Made by a program: the position numbers and the translations under genes. The notes beneath the pieces were generated by a model. It did not search any database. It saw only the letters and a list, made by a program, of their open reading frames with translations, and was not told the DNA's origin. A stretch of DNA of 39,060 nt from an uncultured Dehalococcoidales bacterium (lineage in GTDB: Bacteria > Chloroflexota > Dehalococcoidia > Dehalococcoidales > JAUYDJ01). Of the stretch, positions 19,901-28,535 are shown one piece after another. The first letter of the stretch is position 1, and each line of letters opens with the position of its first letter. The DNA is taken from NCBI GenBank assembly GCA_964343135.1, contig CAYFGR010000004.1, positions 1-39,060 on the forward strand, in the 5' to 3' direction.

Positions 19901-21383
19901 CGTGGTAGTGGCAGCCTGCAGTCCGCGAACCCACGAGCCGCTGTTTCAGGACACGATACGAGAAGCGGAGTTGAATAAGTTCCTTTTTGACATGGCCAAT
20001 ATCAGAGACCAGTGTTCCTGGGTCCATGCCGCCACAAAGCCGGAGGCTACTCTAAAAGCCAAGGACCTGGTTAAGATGGCGGTGGGCCGCGCCGCAACCC
20101 TACAGCCCCTGCACCAGTCACCGGCAGACTTAACACACACTGCTCTGATTATCGGCGGAGGGCTGTCGGGGATAACGGCGGCTCTCTCACTTGCCGAGCA
20201 GGGATTTGAGTCTGTCATAGTAGAAAGAGAACTGGAGCTGGGCGGTAATTTGCGGCATATTTATTACTCCGAAGATAAGACTGATCCTCAAGAACTACTC
20301 TCCGCGCTGGTTGGTAAATTGGAAGCGGAGCCAAAGGTGAAAATATATAAGGGTGCAGTAATTAAAAGTTTCTCTGGTTATTTAGGAAATTACAAGACTG
20401 AGATTACCACGGCTGAAGGAAATGCCGAAGAGTATGAGCACGGTGTTGTTATTGTGGCTACCGGCGGGGTCGAACTCAAGCCTGAGGAGTATCTGTACGG
20501 CCGGACGGATAAGGTTTTAACCCAGTCCGGACTTGAGGAAAAGATTGCAAGTAACCGCGATGATATTAAAGGTTTGAAATCGATAGTTATGATACAGTGC
20601 GTGGGTTCACGGGAAGAGGGGCACATGTATTGCAGCCGTGTCTGTTGCAGTCACGCAATCAAGAATGCCCGTAAGCTAAAGGAACAGAATCCGGATACGG
20701 AAGTCTACGTCCTCTACCGGGATGTGCGCACCTACGGTATGCATGAGATCAGTTATAAGGAAGCCCGAAACAGCGGGGTAACGTTCATCCACTACGACAT
20801 AGAAAAGAAACCCGAAGTTACCGAAGAGAACGGCAAACTGACGGTAAAGGTTTTTGATGTAACGCTGGGAACAAATGTCATACTTGAGCCGGACATGGTG
20901 GTTTTGAGCGCGGCTACCCGACCTCAACCCGATGCCGAAGAATTGGCCAGTAAGCTTAAACTGCCGTTGACTGAAGATAAGTTCTTCATGGAAGCTCACT
21001 TGAAGCTGCGGCCGCTTGATTTTGTTAATGATGGTATATATCTTTGCGGTCTGGCTCATTCACCGAAATTCTTCTCGGAGTCAATCGTTCAGGCCAGGGG
21101 AGCCGTATCACGGGCAATGACAGTTCTCTCGCGACCGCACCTCATGGTAGGCGGCGTAGTTTCGGTGGTAAATACGGATCAATGTATTGCCTGCCTGACT
21201 TGCGTACGGTCTTGCCCGTTCCATGTGCCCAAGATAAACAGCGACGGTGTTGCTGAAATAGAGGCAGCGGGCTGTCAGGGTTGTGGTATCTGTACCGGAG
21301 CCTGTCCCCGTAAAGCCATAACATTGCAGCACTATACGGATGAACAGGTTATGTCCAAAATAGCCGCCTTGTGCGCTACTTAG
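16920..21383 (+). CDS. hdrA: Large HdrA-like (HdrL-type) flavoprotein: two HdrA modules with an inserted GltD/NfnB-like NAD(P)H module; 1487 aa
   Basis: GGGISG, QLDKTFPTNDCSMC, GSGPSG, GGGNVA..YRRT, QCVGSR..YCS.VCC twice, GVFVCRCG, ACSPRTHE, NIRDQCSW, terminal 2x[4Fe-4S]; start taken at ATG 16920. Confidence 0.92.
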   Translation: MNGDGNTERANHQKIGAVMVVGGGISGMQSAVDLANSGFKVYLVEEATAIGGRMAQLDKTFPTNDCSMCMISPKLIEVVKHNNIEIITNAQVDSVDGEEGNFQVSVLKKPRYIDEVKCTSCGDCVEACPVMLSNEFEQGLNTRKAAYKRYPQAIPDTMAISKTNRPPCKLSCPAGCNGQGYISLISQGMYVEALNHIKQWIPLPAVLGRICHHPCELQCNRSEIGKPVNITRLKRFVADHVRKQREGGLIPPEIKPVIDHSKSKVAVVGSGPSGLSCASDLARNGYPVTIFEQNSEPGGQLQLTIPRYRLPRDALAAEIQDIIDMGIELKLNTSIGVDTSLNDLKSQGYEAIYLAVGAQKSTGLSISGEDLPGILPALDFLRDVNSGKEIKIGKKVVVTGGGNVAIDTARTALRFGAEVSIIYRRTEVEMPALPEEVEGAREEGIKFQFLTNPKQFLSDGKNHLVGVECNEMELGEPDESGRRRPIAKPDTFTIECDMVIVAIGQGTELPGLLDETAIRTKPNSFIVADPLTLATSEPGIFAGGDGVTGPKSAVEAINHGHEAAISIERYLTGGDLSEGREKPEEEPSPLPEGEHEEKERLSAKKISLERRLSGFDEVEPCYTEEEARAETERCLDCGLCSECLQCVAVCQTNAIYHTMKEETLQFSVGSVILASGFDPFDASLKGEDGYGRMKNVVTSLEFERILSASGPFQGQVLRPSDGKHPVKVAWIQCVGSRDEACGQDYCSSVCCMYATKEAIIALEHDSSLQPTIFYNDLRAFGKGFERYYESAKNKFGVRYIKGIPSAVKEPQQSNNLLLDYIGEDGQKIEEEFDMVVLSVGLVPSASSKDLAGRLSIELDKFGFCRTDEVQPNVTSRPGIFVAGAFEAPMDIPESVMSASSAACLASQVIADVRDTMVTEKVYPDEIDVDGQEPRVGVFVCRCGTNISRVVDVPGVAQYAAMLPNVVHTEENLYTCSTDTQDKIIEVIKEKGLNRVVVAACSPRTHEPLFQDTIREAELNKFLFDMANIRDQCSWVHAATKPEATLKAKDLVKMAVGRAATLQPLHQSPADLTHTALIIGGGLSGITAALSLAEQGFESVIVERELELGGNLRHIYYSEDKTDPQELLSALVGKLEAEPKVKIYKGAVIKSFSGYLGNYKTEITTAEGNAEEYEHGVVIVATGGVELKPEEYLYGRTDKVLTQSGLEEKIASNRDDIKGLKSIVMIQCVGSREEGHMYCSRVCCSHAIKNARKLKEQNPDTEVYVLYRDVRTYGMHEISYKEARNSGVTFIHYDIEKKPEVTEENGKLTVKVFDVTLGTNVILEPDMVVLSAATRPQPDAEELASKLKLPLTEDKFFMEAHLKLRPLDFVNDGIYLCGLAHSPKFFSESIVQARGAVSRAMTVLSRPHLMVGGVVSVVNTDQCIACLTCVRSCPFHVPKINSDGVAEIEAAGCQGCGICTGACPRKAITLQHYTDEQVMSKIAALCAT

Positions 21384-21402
21384 CTTGGAAAGGGAGTAAA
21401 TT

Positions 21403-21837
21403 GTGGTTGAAATGTTTGAACCCAAGGTTGTTGCCTTTTGCTGTCATTATTGCGCTTATTCGGCGGCCGACCTCGCCGGTTCTATGAGATTGGAGTATCC
21501 ACCTAATGTTCGCGTCGTAAAGACAATGTGCACGGGCAACATAGACCCCGCTTATCTGTTAAAGGCCTTTGAGGAGGGTGTCGACGCGGTTTTTGTAGCT
21601 GGCTGAGAGGAAGGCGATTGTCATTTCCTGGAAGGAAATCTGAGGGCGAAAAAGCGGGTTGAGCAGGTAAAAACACTGTTGCGAGAGGCCGGTCTTGAAG
21701 ATGACCGAATTGAAATGTACAACATTGGCGCATCCGATGCGGTACAGTTTGCCGCAGCCTGTAACGAGATGACAGAAAGGGCAAGAAGTTTGGGCCCCAA
21801 TCCTTTAGGAAAGAGGGAGGAGGCAGAAATAGTATGA
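21403..21837 (+). CDS. mvhD: MvhD/FlpD iron-sulfur subunit, selenoprotein (TGA 21604-21606 = Sec)
   Basis: FCCHYCAYSAADLAG...MCTG...VFVAG-U-EEGDCHFLEGN...LGPNPL; frame stays open to TGA 21835-21837, overlapping the metV ATG. Confidence 0.93.
21607..21640 (+). promoter_or_regulatory. Bacterial SECIS element
   Basis: Hairpin ATTTCCT-GGA-AGGAAAT (21623-21639), starting 16 nt after the in-frame UGA, with G in the apical loop. Confidence 0.7.
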
Positions 21838-22508
21838 TTATCGGCGAGAGAAAACCGTTTGATGAAATAAAAGAAAGCATAAAAGACTGTAAAAAAATAT
21901 TGATACTGGGTTGCGGTACCTGCGTCAGTGTTTGTATGGCTGGCGGTGAAAAAGAAGTGGAACTCCTTGCTTCCCAACTTAGAATAGCAGGTAAGTTAGA
22001 AAAAAGGGATATTGAAGTTAGGGAAGCTACTATTCAGCGGCAATGCGACCGTGAATATATCGAACCGATAATTGACATGGCCAAAGACTGTGATGTTATT
22101 CTCTCTTTGGGTTGCGGGGCCGGAGTGCAACTCGTGGCTGAAATGCTGGAATCTTTACCGATTATTCCGGGATTAAATACTCGTTTCATTGGTATAACTG
22201 AAGCGGAGGGAGTTTGGGCGGAACGCTGTCGTGCTTGTGGGGACTGTAAACTTGGCAGTTATGGTGGAATCTGTCCGGTGACGATATGCGCCAAAGGACT
22301 GCTTAACGGCCCTTGCGGTGGCGCATCCTTTGGTAAATGCGAGGCGGATAATGATAGGGATTGTGCCTGGGAATTGATATATAACCGCTACAAACAGCAG
22401 GGACGATTGGATGAGCTTAAAACATTCGTAGCGCCTCCTAACTTTAGACTCCAAGATCATCCGGCTCGCCGGGTGAAGGAAGAAGAGTGGGCTAAGCCCG
22501 TAAGTTAA
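21834..22508 (+). CDS. metV: Methylenetetrahydrofolate reductase small subunit MetV
   Basis: GCGTCVSVC.AGGEKEV, RQCD, CGAGVQ, CRACGDC, CPVTICAKGLLNGPCGG, CAW. Confidence 0.9.
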   Translation: MIIGERKPFDEIKESIKDCKKILILGCGTCVSVCMAGGEKEVELLASQLRIAGKLEKRDIEVREATIQRQCDREYIEPIIDMAKDCDVILSLGCGAGVQLVAEMLESLPIIPGLNTRFIGITEAEGVWAERCRACGDCKLGSYGGICPVTICAKGLLNGPCGGASFGKCEADNDRDCAWELIYNRYKQQGRLDELKTFVAPPNFRLQDHPARRVKEEEWAKPVS

Positions 22509-22558
22509 CAAATCTGTAAATATCTAGTATGAGAAGAGCCGAACGGGGAATGTAATTT

Positions 22559-23663
22559 ATGGATTTCAGGCAAATACCAGAACTAAGAATAGGTAATTTG
22601 GAGTCAAGAATACCAATTGTTCAGGGAGGGATGGGCGTTGGCATTTCTTTATCCGGTCTAGCTTCGGCGGTGGCTAATGAGGGCGGTATTGGTGTTATTT
22701 CCGCGGCGGGAATCGGTATACTGGAATCTGACTTCTATGGTAACTTCAAAGGAACCAACAAGAGAGCCTTGCGAAGAGAAATAAAAAAGACAAGAGAAAT
22801 GACAGCGGGGGTTATTGGTATTAACATAATGGTAGCCCTTTCAGATTATTATGACCTTCTGTAAGTTGCATTGGACGAAGGCGCGGATGTGGTTTTTCTT
22901 GGCGCCGGACTGCCATTAAAGATGCCGAAAACACTACTACCGGATAGCTCAGGGAAAGCGGCGGTTAAGGTTATTCCGATAGTATCTTCTGCCCGGGCGG
23001 CAAAACTGATATTCCAATATTGGGGGCGGAACTACAATCATGTACCTGATGCCGTGGTTGTTGAAGGCCCATTAACTGGGGGGCATCTCGGATTTAAGCA
23101 GGAGCAGATTAATAATCCTGACTACACACTGGAAAAAAATACTGCCGGAAGCAATCTCGGTGATAAGGCCGTATGAGCAACATTATGATAGGAGTATCCC
23201 AATTATCGCTGTCGGAGGGGTATATACCGGCGCCGATGTACGCGAATTTATCCAATTAGGCGCTCAGGGAGTACAGATGGTAACTAGATTCGCGGTAACT
23301 CACGAATGTGATGCCTCCACGCAATTTAAGGAAGCATATATAGAGTGCAAAAAAGAGGACCTTACTATTATTGATAGCCCCGTTGGATTGCCGGGAAGAG
23401 CCATAAAGAACCGGTTTCTTGAGAAGATAGTTGCGGGAATTAAGAAACCAATCAAATGCCCCTGGAAGTGTCTGAAGACCTGCGATGTTGATAGTTCGCC
23501 GTACTGCATTTGTGCTGCCCTGACTAATGCCAAAAAGGGCATACTTGAAAAAGGATTCGCCTTTGCCGGGGCTAGTACCTATCAGATAGATAAAATAATC
23601 TTCGTTAGAGAGCTTATTAAGACGTTACTAATGGAATATAAAAAGACAGCTGCCATTGGATAA
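22559..23663 (+). pseudogene. Nitronate monooxygenase / FabK-like flavoprotein, disrupted
   Basis: PIVQGGMGVG, GAGLP, VEGPLTGGHLG, SPVGLPGRA; in-frame TAA 22862-22864 and +1 frameshift in A7 tract 23133-23139. Confidence 0.9.
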
Positions 23664-23774
23664 CGCATCACAACATAAGGCTAGACTAAAAGTGCAGCGG
23701 CCGACTATCCGGCCAGTGTCGGTAAAACTTGAACGAAAGCGCTGAAGTGTTAAAGAAGGCGAATTTGGCGCTGT

Positions 23775-23839
23775 AGATACTCTAGAAAATCATCCATCTT
23801 GCTATCAACAACAATAAACGCTATCCCATTGTTGATAAG
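23775..23839. repeat. 65-bp direct repeat, copy 2
   Basis: Matches 14840-14904; contains inverted repeat TATCAACAA (23803-23811) / TTGTTGATA (23829-23837). Confidence 0.9.
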
Positions 23840-23864
23840 CACAAAAAGCTTCAGACTCCCGTTT

Positions 23865-24665
23865 TCACGACTGAGCTATCGGCAGGTTAAATACCCGGAC
23901 AGGGTTTTCATAAACTACTTTACTAACTTCGGTATCAGAGAAGCCCAGTTTTCTCATTTCCAGGGCAACCTTGGGCACCGTTAATACATCCGCCGAGACT
24001 CGTAAAGCAGTGTCGCTATCAACCATCACCCGGTCGAGAGGAGCCTCCTTCAATATTCTGGCGGCATCCTCAGGGTCGAGTTTGCGCCAGGGTTGTACCG
24101 TTATTTCTGCGATACAACCAAAATCTATAATATCTCGTAGAATTTCACCGTCAGCATGACTGATGATTACCTTTTCTTTATCGAGTCCAAATTCTTTTAT
24201 TCTCTTGAAATGCTTGTCCAGCCAGCTTTTCTTGTCCATTGGGGGAGTGTGAAGACGAACCGGTACATTGTGTTCACTGACTACCTTTAGCTGCGCTCTT
24301 AATACCTCTTCCTGCTTATTAATGTCGGGGTACGTAAATGACCGGGGGTCTACCCCTATTTCGCCAATACCAACGACTCCATTCTTTTCCAGATACCTGG
24401 GAAGTGCCGCAACTACTTTTTCCCAATCGGGAGGGATGCACAACATATTAATTCCGATGGTAACAAAGGCATCAATTAGAAACTCGGACCCCCTCGGCAC
24501 ATCCCAGCTAAAGGTGCGGTCGTAAAATTCCAGCACCCACTGTGCTGATGGCGCCGGCAGCGGACCGGCATCGGCAATTACAGCTACGATACCAGCTAAA
24601 GCCATTGATTTAAGATGCGCCCGGTTAACCGAGTCCATGTGAATGTGTGGGTCGATCATCTTCAT
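23865..24665 (-). CDS. TatD-like metal-dependent hydrolase
   Basis: IDPHIH, GIGEIG, LHTP, SHAD, VDSD; RBS AGGAGG. Confidence 0.88.
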   Translation of the reverse strand: MKMIDPHIHMDSVNRAHLKSMALAGIVAVIADAGPLPAPSAQWVLEFYDRTFSWDVPRGSEFLIDAFVTIGINMLCIPPDWEKVVAALPRYLEKNGVVGIGEIGVDPRSFTYPDINKQEEVLRAQLKVVSEHNVPVRLHTPPMDKKSWLDKHFKRIKEFGLDKEKVIISHADGEILRDIIDFGCIAEITVQPWRKLDPEDAARILKEAPLDRVMVDSDTALRVSADVLTVPKVALEMRKLGFSDTEVSKVVYENPVRVFNLPIAQS

Positions 24666-24685
24666 GGTGCTACCTCCTTTTGGGT

Positions 24686-25858
24686 CTAGTTTTTGGTCCT
24701 GTTTTCAGGCTGTTTCGGCTGTATCTCGACTCCAGATTTCAGAGTCATACGAGGCGTAAGTAATAGGTTCCCCTTAATTGTGGTATTCACAGAATCAACA
24801 AAGGTAAAATCCCCTCCGGATGGTTCTAAAATAGTGATGTCAGCCGGCATACCTGTGCGGAGGCTGCCTCGCCGGTGTTCCTCGCCTAAGGCGCGTGCCG
24901 GGTTAACAGTGGTAGTCTCAATCACCTTTTCTAAGCTCATTCCCAGGGCAAGAAATGCCGACATTATCCGGGTTAAAGCCAGACCGGGGAAGGGAAATAT
25001 GGTACTGATGTCAGTGCTGAGTGTGCTGGGGAAAATACCCATGTCCAGCACTTTTCGGGCTATACTGAAGCTGAGATTCCCGGAACCTTGCGCCAAATCT
25101 AAAATTACCCCTCTCTCAATAGCCTCTTTAAGCTCGGAGAGCACACTGCCATCCGGTTTGATAGCCTGACCCATTTTCGGGGTGTAAATATGGACAAGGA
25201 TATCTCCTTTATTCAGGAGGGACAGCACTTCTCTGGTAAGAGATTCCATCATCTCCTCAGAAGCATTTTCGGCAGGGTCCTTGCCGATATGTACCACGAG
25301 AGGAACACCAGCTTCGGCAGCAATTTCTTTACCGAGTTTTACGAGTTGAACTCCATATTTCTCGGCTACTGCCGCCACCGCTCGCACCTTGACGCCTTTC
25401 ACCTGCCGCCGGTTTTCCGCTATTGTTTTTAGCGTAGCCGGGGCGTCTACCTCATAATGATTCCAGTCCTCCGGCAGAGTGGTCTGTCCGGTAGGGTGTA
25501 GTGCCAGAAAGCAAAAAACGTCTGTTTTGGCTCGCTGAATAATAAGCTTATTAAATTCAGTGAAGTTAGCGGGGCCGGTACTGCCACCATCACATACCGT
25601 AGTTACTCCGGAGAAAACGCCATCTTCTTCCGGGTCAACTCCAAACGGGGTTAGTCCCCCGGTAACGTGAGCATGAATATCAATGAGTCCGGGAGTCACT
25701 ATCTTACCGGTAGCATCAATTTTCCGTTTTGTCTGATTGGAATCGATGTTTGGAGCCACAGATGCTATTTCGCCTTGGTAGATAGCGATATCACTCTGAC
25801 CGTAAATACCCTGAGCGACATCGATTACTTTTCCCCCCTGCACCAGCAGGTCATACAT
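24686..25858 (-). CDS. Amidohydrolase (dihydroorotase-like / deacetylase family)
   Basis: PGLIDIHAHV, GVTTVCDGGS, GVKVR, VVHIG, LVHIY, LSTD, TVNPA. Confidence 0.9.
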   Translation of the reverse strand: MYDLLVQGGKVIDVAQGIYGQSDIAIYQGEIASVAPNIDSNQTKRKIDATGKIVTPGLIDIHAHVTGGLTPFGVDPEEDGVFSGVTTVCDGGSTGPANFTEFNKLIIQRAKTDVFCFLALHPTGQTTLPEDWNHYEVDAPATLKTIAENRRQVKGVKVRAVAAVAEKYGVQLVKLGKEIAAEAGVPLVVHIGKDPAENASEEMMESLTREVLSLLNKGDILVHIYTPKMGQAIKPDGSVLSELKEAIERGVILDLAQGSGNLSFSIARKVLDMGIFPSTLSTDISTIFPFPGLALTRIMSAFLALGMSLEKVIETTTVNPARALGEEHRRGSLRTGMPADITILEPSGGDFTFVDSVNTTIKGNLLLTPRMTLKSGVEIQPKQPENRTKN

Positions 25859-25937
25859 TTTAATTCTCCCTGAAATTACATTCGGTATGTTGAGACAGGC
25901 GTAATTTCTACTTGGCGGAATGGATTGTACGCCGTGC

Positions 25938-27857
25938 TTAGAGGGATAAACCGGTGCTGAGAGCGGTTGCCATTGCTTCAGTTACTAATCCCGGCTTCAT
26001 CGCATCGCCGATGAGATAGACATCGGGGAAAACTCCCTCTAGCAGCCGGTAGAGTTCCCTATTCGGTTTTCGACCAGTTGCCAGCACTATGGTATCCGCC
26101 GGTATGGTATGTTTTCCGGTCTTGTCCCTGACGACTACGCCGTCTTCAGTAATCGCCGCCACCTCTGTGTCAGTTTGCACGTTAACTTTACATTTCTTTA
26201 GAGCGTCCAGCATTGCTGACCTGACCGTAGATGGCATTAGTTCCTTTGCCACTGTCTCCAGCATTTCGACGACGGTCACCCTTCTCCCCTGCTGAGCGAG
26301 ATGGTGAGCAGTTTCACACCCGGTCATGCCACCGCCGATAATGACCACGTTCTCACCTACCCGGGTCCTGCCGGTAAGTATAGTCTCATTTAAAGATACA
26401 TTGTCGTTATCGATGCCGGGGATTTCGGGCGGTGCCTCACGGCTACCGGTAGCTACGATGACTACATCGGGGCTAATCTCTTTGAGTGCCGGTAAGCTGA
26501 TATTATTATTGAGCACTAAATTAACACCGAGCTTCTGATTCTGATATATCAGGTACCTCCTGAGTTTTTCCATGAGTTCTTTATTCGGTGTGATGGCAGC
26601 CAGAATCAATTGTCCTCCCAGTACAGCTTCCTTTTCGTAGAGGGTTACATCGTGACCTCTCTCCGCGGCAATCCGGGCTGCCTCCAGCCCGGCAGGGCCA
26701 CCCCCGATTATTACGACATTTCTCACTTTCTTAGCGCGTGTAATGGTGGATTCCTTCTCTTTTCCGGCACAGGCATTAACCGTGCAGGTCACCGGAGTAT
26801 CATAGTACGCAAGGCAATCCCGACAGGAGGAGTCGCGAACGCAGGGCCTGATGTCCTCTAATCGACCTGCCGCCACTTTCAAGGGTAACTCCGGGTCGGC
26901 AAGCAAAGCCCTACCCATAGCTACCAAATCCGCCTTATTCTCGAGCAGGATTTTCTCCCCAAGTTTAGCATCTATCCCTCCCGACGCTATCACGGGACAT
27001 CCCGCCACTTTCTTTATCTCGCTGGTAAATTCAACGAAGTATCCCGGTGGGGTATAAAATGACCGAGCCGGCGGTACACCGGAAACATGAATCGCATCCA
27101 ACCGGCTGTTCCGAAGGATTCCAACCAATTCCTTGGTTTCCTCAAGAGTAATACCGTCTTCCAGACCGGTTTCCTCAGCGCTGAGCCGGCACCATACTGG
27201 ATAACTGGTTGTGACTGCCCCCCTTACGGCTTCAATAACTTCCAGCAGGAATCTAGCCCTGCTTTTCAAATCACCACCGTAAACATCCTGGCGTTTATTC
27301 TTAGCGGCGGACAGGAATTGTCCGATAAGGTAGCCGTGAGCGGCATGTATTTCCACACCATCGAATCCGGCTTTTTGCGCTCTGCCGGCCGCCTGGGCAA
27401 AAAATTGCACCACGCTTGATATTGCGGCAGGAGTTAATCCCTCGGGCATTTCTTTGCGTGTCGATTTTATGTAGGCATCCTTGTAAGCGAGGGGTGATGA
27501 CGATACTGGGGGAAGCGGCGTAAGATCTTGCCGGGAAACACTCCCGCCATGATGAAGTTGAAGGGCTGCCTTGACGCCGTGCCGGTGGATAGCTGCCACC
27601 AATCGGCCCATGCCTGGAATGTATCTATCATCATCTATAGAAAGTTGCCTGAGCCAGCATTTATTACGGCTCAGGTCGATACTGGTCGCCTCGACGGTGA
27701 TTAGCCCTACCCCACCCTTAGCTCGTTCTTCATAGTAGGCGATTACCTTGTCGCTAACATAACCTTCTTCAGCGCCATAATTAACTACCATCGGCGCCAT
27801 TACAATGTGGTTATTTAGTTCCATTGTGCCTAATTTGTAAGGCTTCATGAGCCGCAT
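25938..27857 (-). CDS. NADH:flavin oxidoreductase (OYE barrel plus FAD/NAD module; FadH/enoate-reductase-like)
   Basis: VMAPM, EIHAAHGYLIGQFLS, GRALLADP, GGGPAG, GGGMTG; start at ATG 27857 after a G-rich RBS. Confidence 0.92.
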   Translation of the reverse strand: MRLMKPYKLGTMELNNHIVMAPMVVNYGAEEGYVSDKVIAYYEERAKGGVGLITVEATSIDLSRNKCWLRQLSIDDDRYIPGMGRLVAAIHRHGVKAALQLHHGGSVSRQDLTPLPPVSSSPLAYKDAYIKSTRKEMPEGLTPAAISSVVQFFAQAAGRAQKAGFDGVEIHAAHGYLIGQFLSAAKNKRQDVYGGDLKSRARFLLEVIEAVRGAVTTSYPVWCRLSAEETGLEDGITLEETKELVGILRNSRLDAIHVSGVPPARSFYTPPGYFVEFTSEIKKVAGCPVIASGGIDAKLGEKILLENKADLVAMGRALLADPELPLKVAAGRLEDIRPCVRDSSCRDCLAYYDTPVTCTVNACAGKEKESTITRAKKVRNVVIIGGGPAGLEAARIAAERGHDVTLYEKEAVLGGQLILAAITPNKELMEKLRRYLIYQNQKLGVNLVLNNNISLPALKEISPDVVIVATGSREAPPEIPGIDNDNVSLNETILTGRTRVGENVVIIGGGMTGCETAHHLAQQGRRVTVVEMLETVAKELMPSTVRSAMLDALKKCKVNVQTDTEVAAITEDGVVVRDKTGKHTIPADTIVLATGRKPNRELYRLLEGVFPDVYLIGDAMKPGLVTEAMATALSTGLSL

Positions 27858-28061
27858 CTTTGCCACCCCCCTTGTAAACGGAAAAATCCTAGCCTGCCGG
27901 GGTGTTTTAATATATTGAAAACATGGCACACCGGTGGCCTGTAGTCTCCAGAAAAGCAAAGAAAAAGGTAATGTTTTGCCTCAACCGATTACCGTTATCA
28001 CTCATCCATTCTTTTAGCGTAGTGATGCCAAAAGAAAATGACCGTTTTCACCGCTGATAGG

Positions 28062-28535
28062 TTAATTATCCTGCCTTTTACGTAATTCCGCCGCCCGCAG
28101 TACTGATTCAATTATCTGCTCGTAACCGGTGCATCTACAGAGATTACCCTCTAAGGCATCTTTTATCTCGTCAATGGTGGGGTCGGGATTTACGTCAAGC
28201 AAGGCTTCCGTGGTTAGAATTATGCCCGGGGTGCAATAGCCGCACTGGAAGCCATTGTTTTCGACGAATGCCTGTTGTACTCCATCTAATTGACCTTCTT
28301 TGGAAATGCCCTCAAGTGTAATAACGTCAGTGCCATTTACCTGTACCGCCAGCAACAAACATGACCTTACCGCTTTCCCATTCACCAGAATAGTACAGGT
28401 TCCGCAGGCGCCTTCATCACAACCTCTTTTAATGCTGGATAATCCGGTGGTGTCCCTCAGCACATCAAGCAGAGTTGCCCCCGGTTCTACATCTTGTTCG
28501 ATGGGTTCACTGTTGAGTTTATAACGTACAATCAT
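28062..28535 (-). CDS. Xanthine dehydrogenase family [2Fe-2S] small subunit
   Basis: GCDEGACGTC...C, QCGYCTPG, NLCRCTGY. Confidence 0.94.
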   Translation of the reverse strand: MIVRYKLNSEPIEQDVEPGATLLDVLRDTTGLSSIKRGCDEGACGTCTILVNGKAVRSCLLLAVQVNGTDVITLEGISKEGQLDGVQQAFVENNGFQCGYCTPGIILTTEALLDVNPDPTIDEIKDALEGNLCRCTGYEQIIESVLRAAELRKRQDN

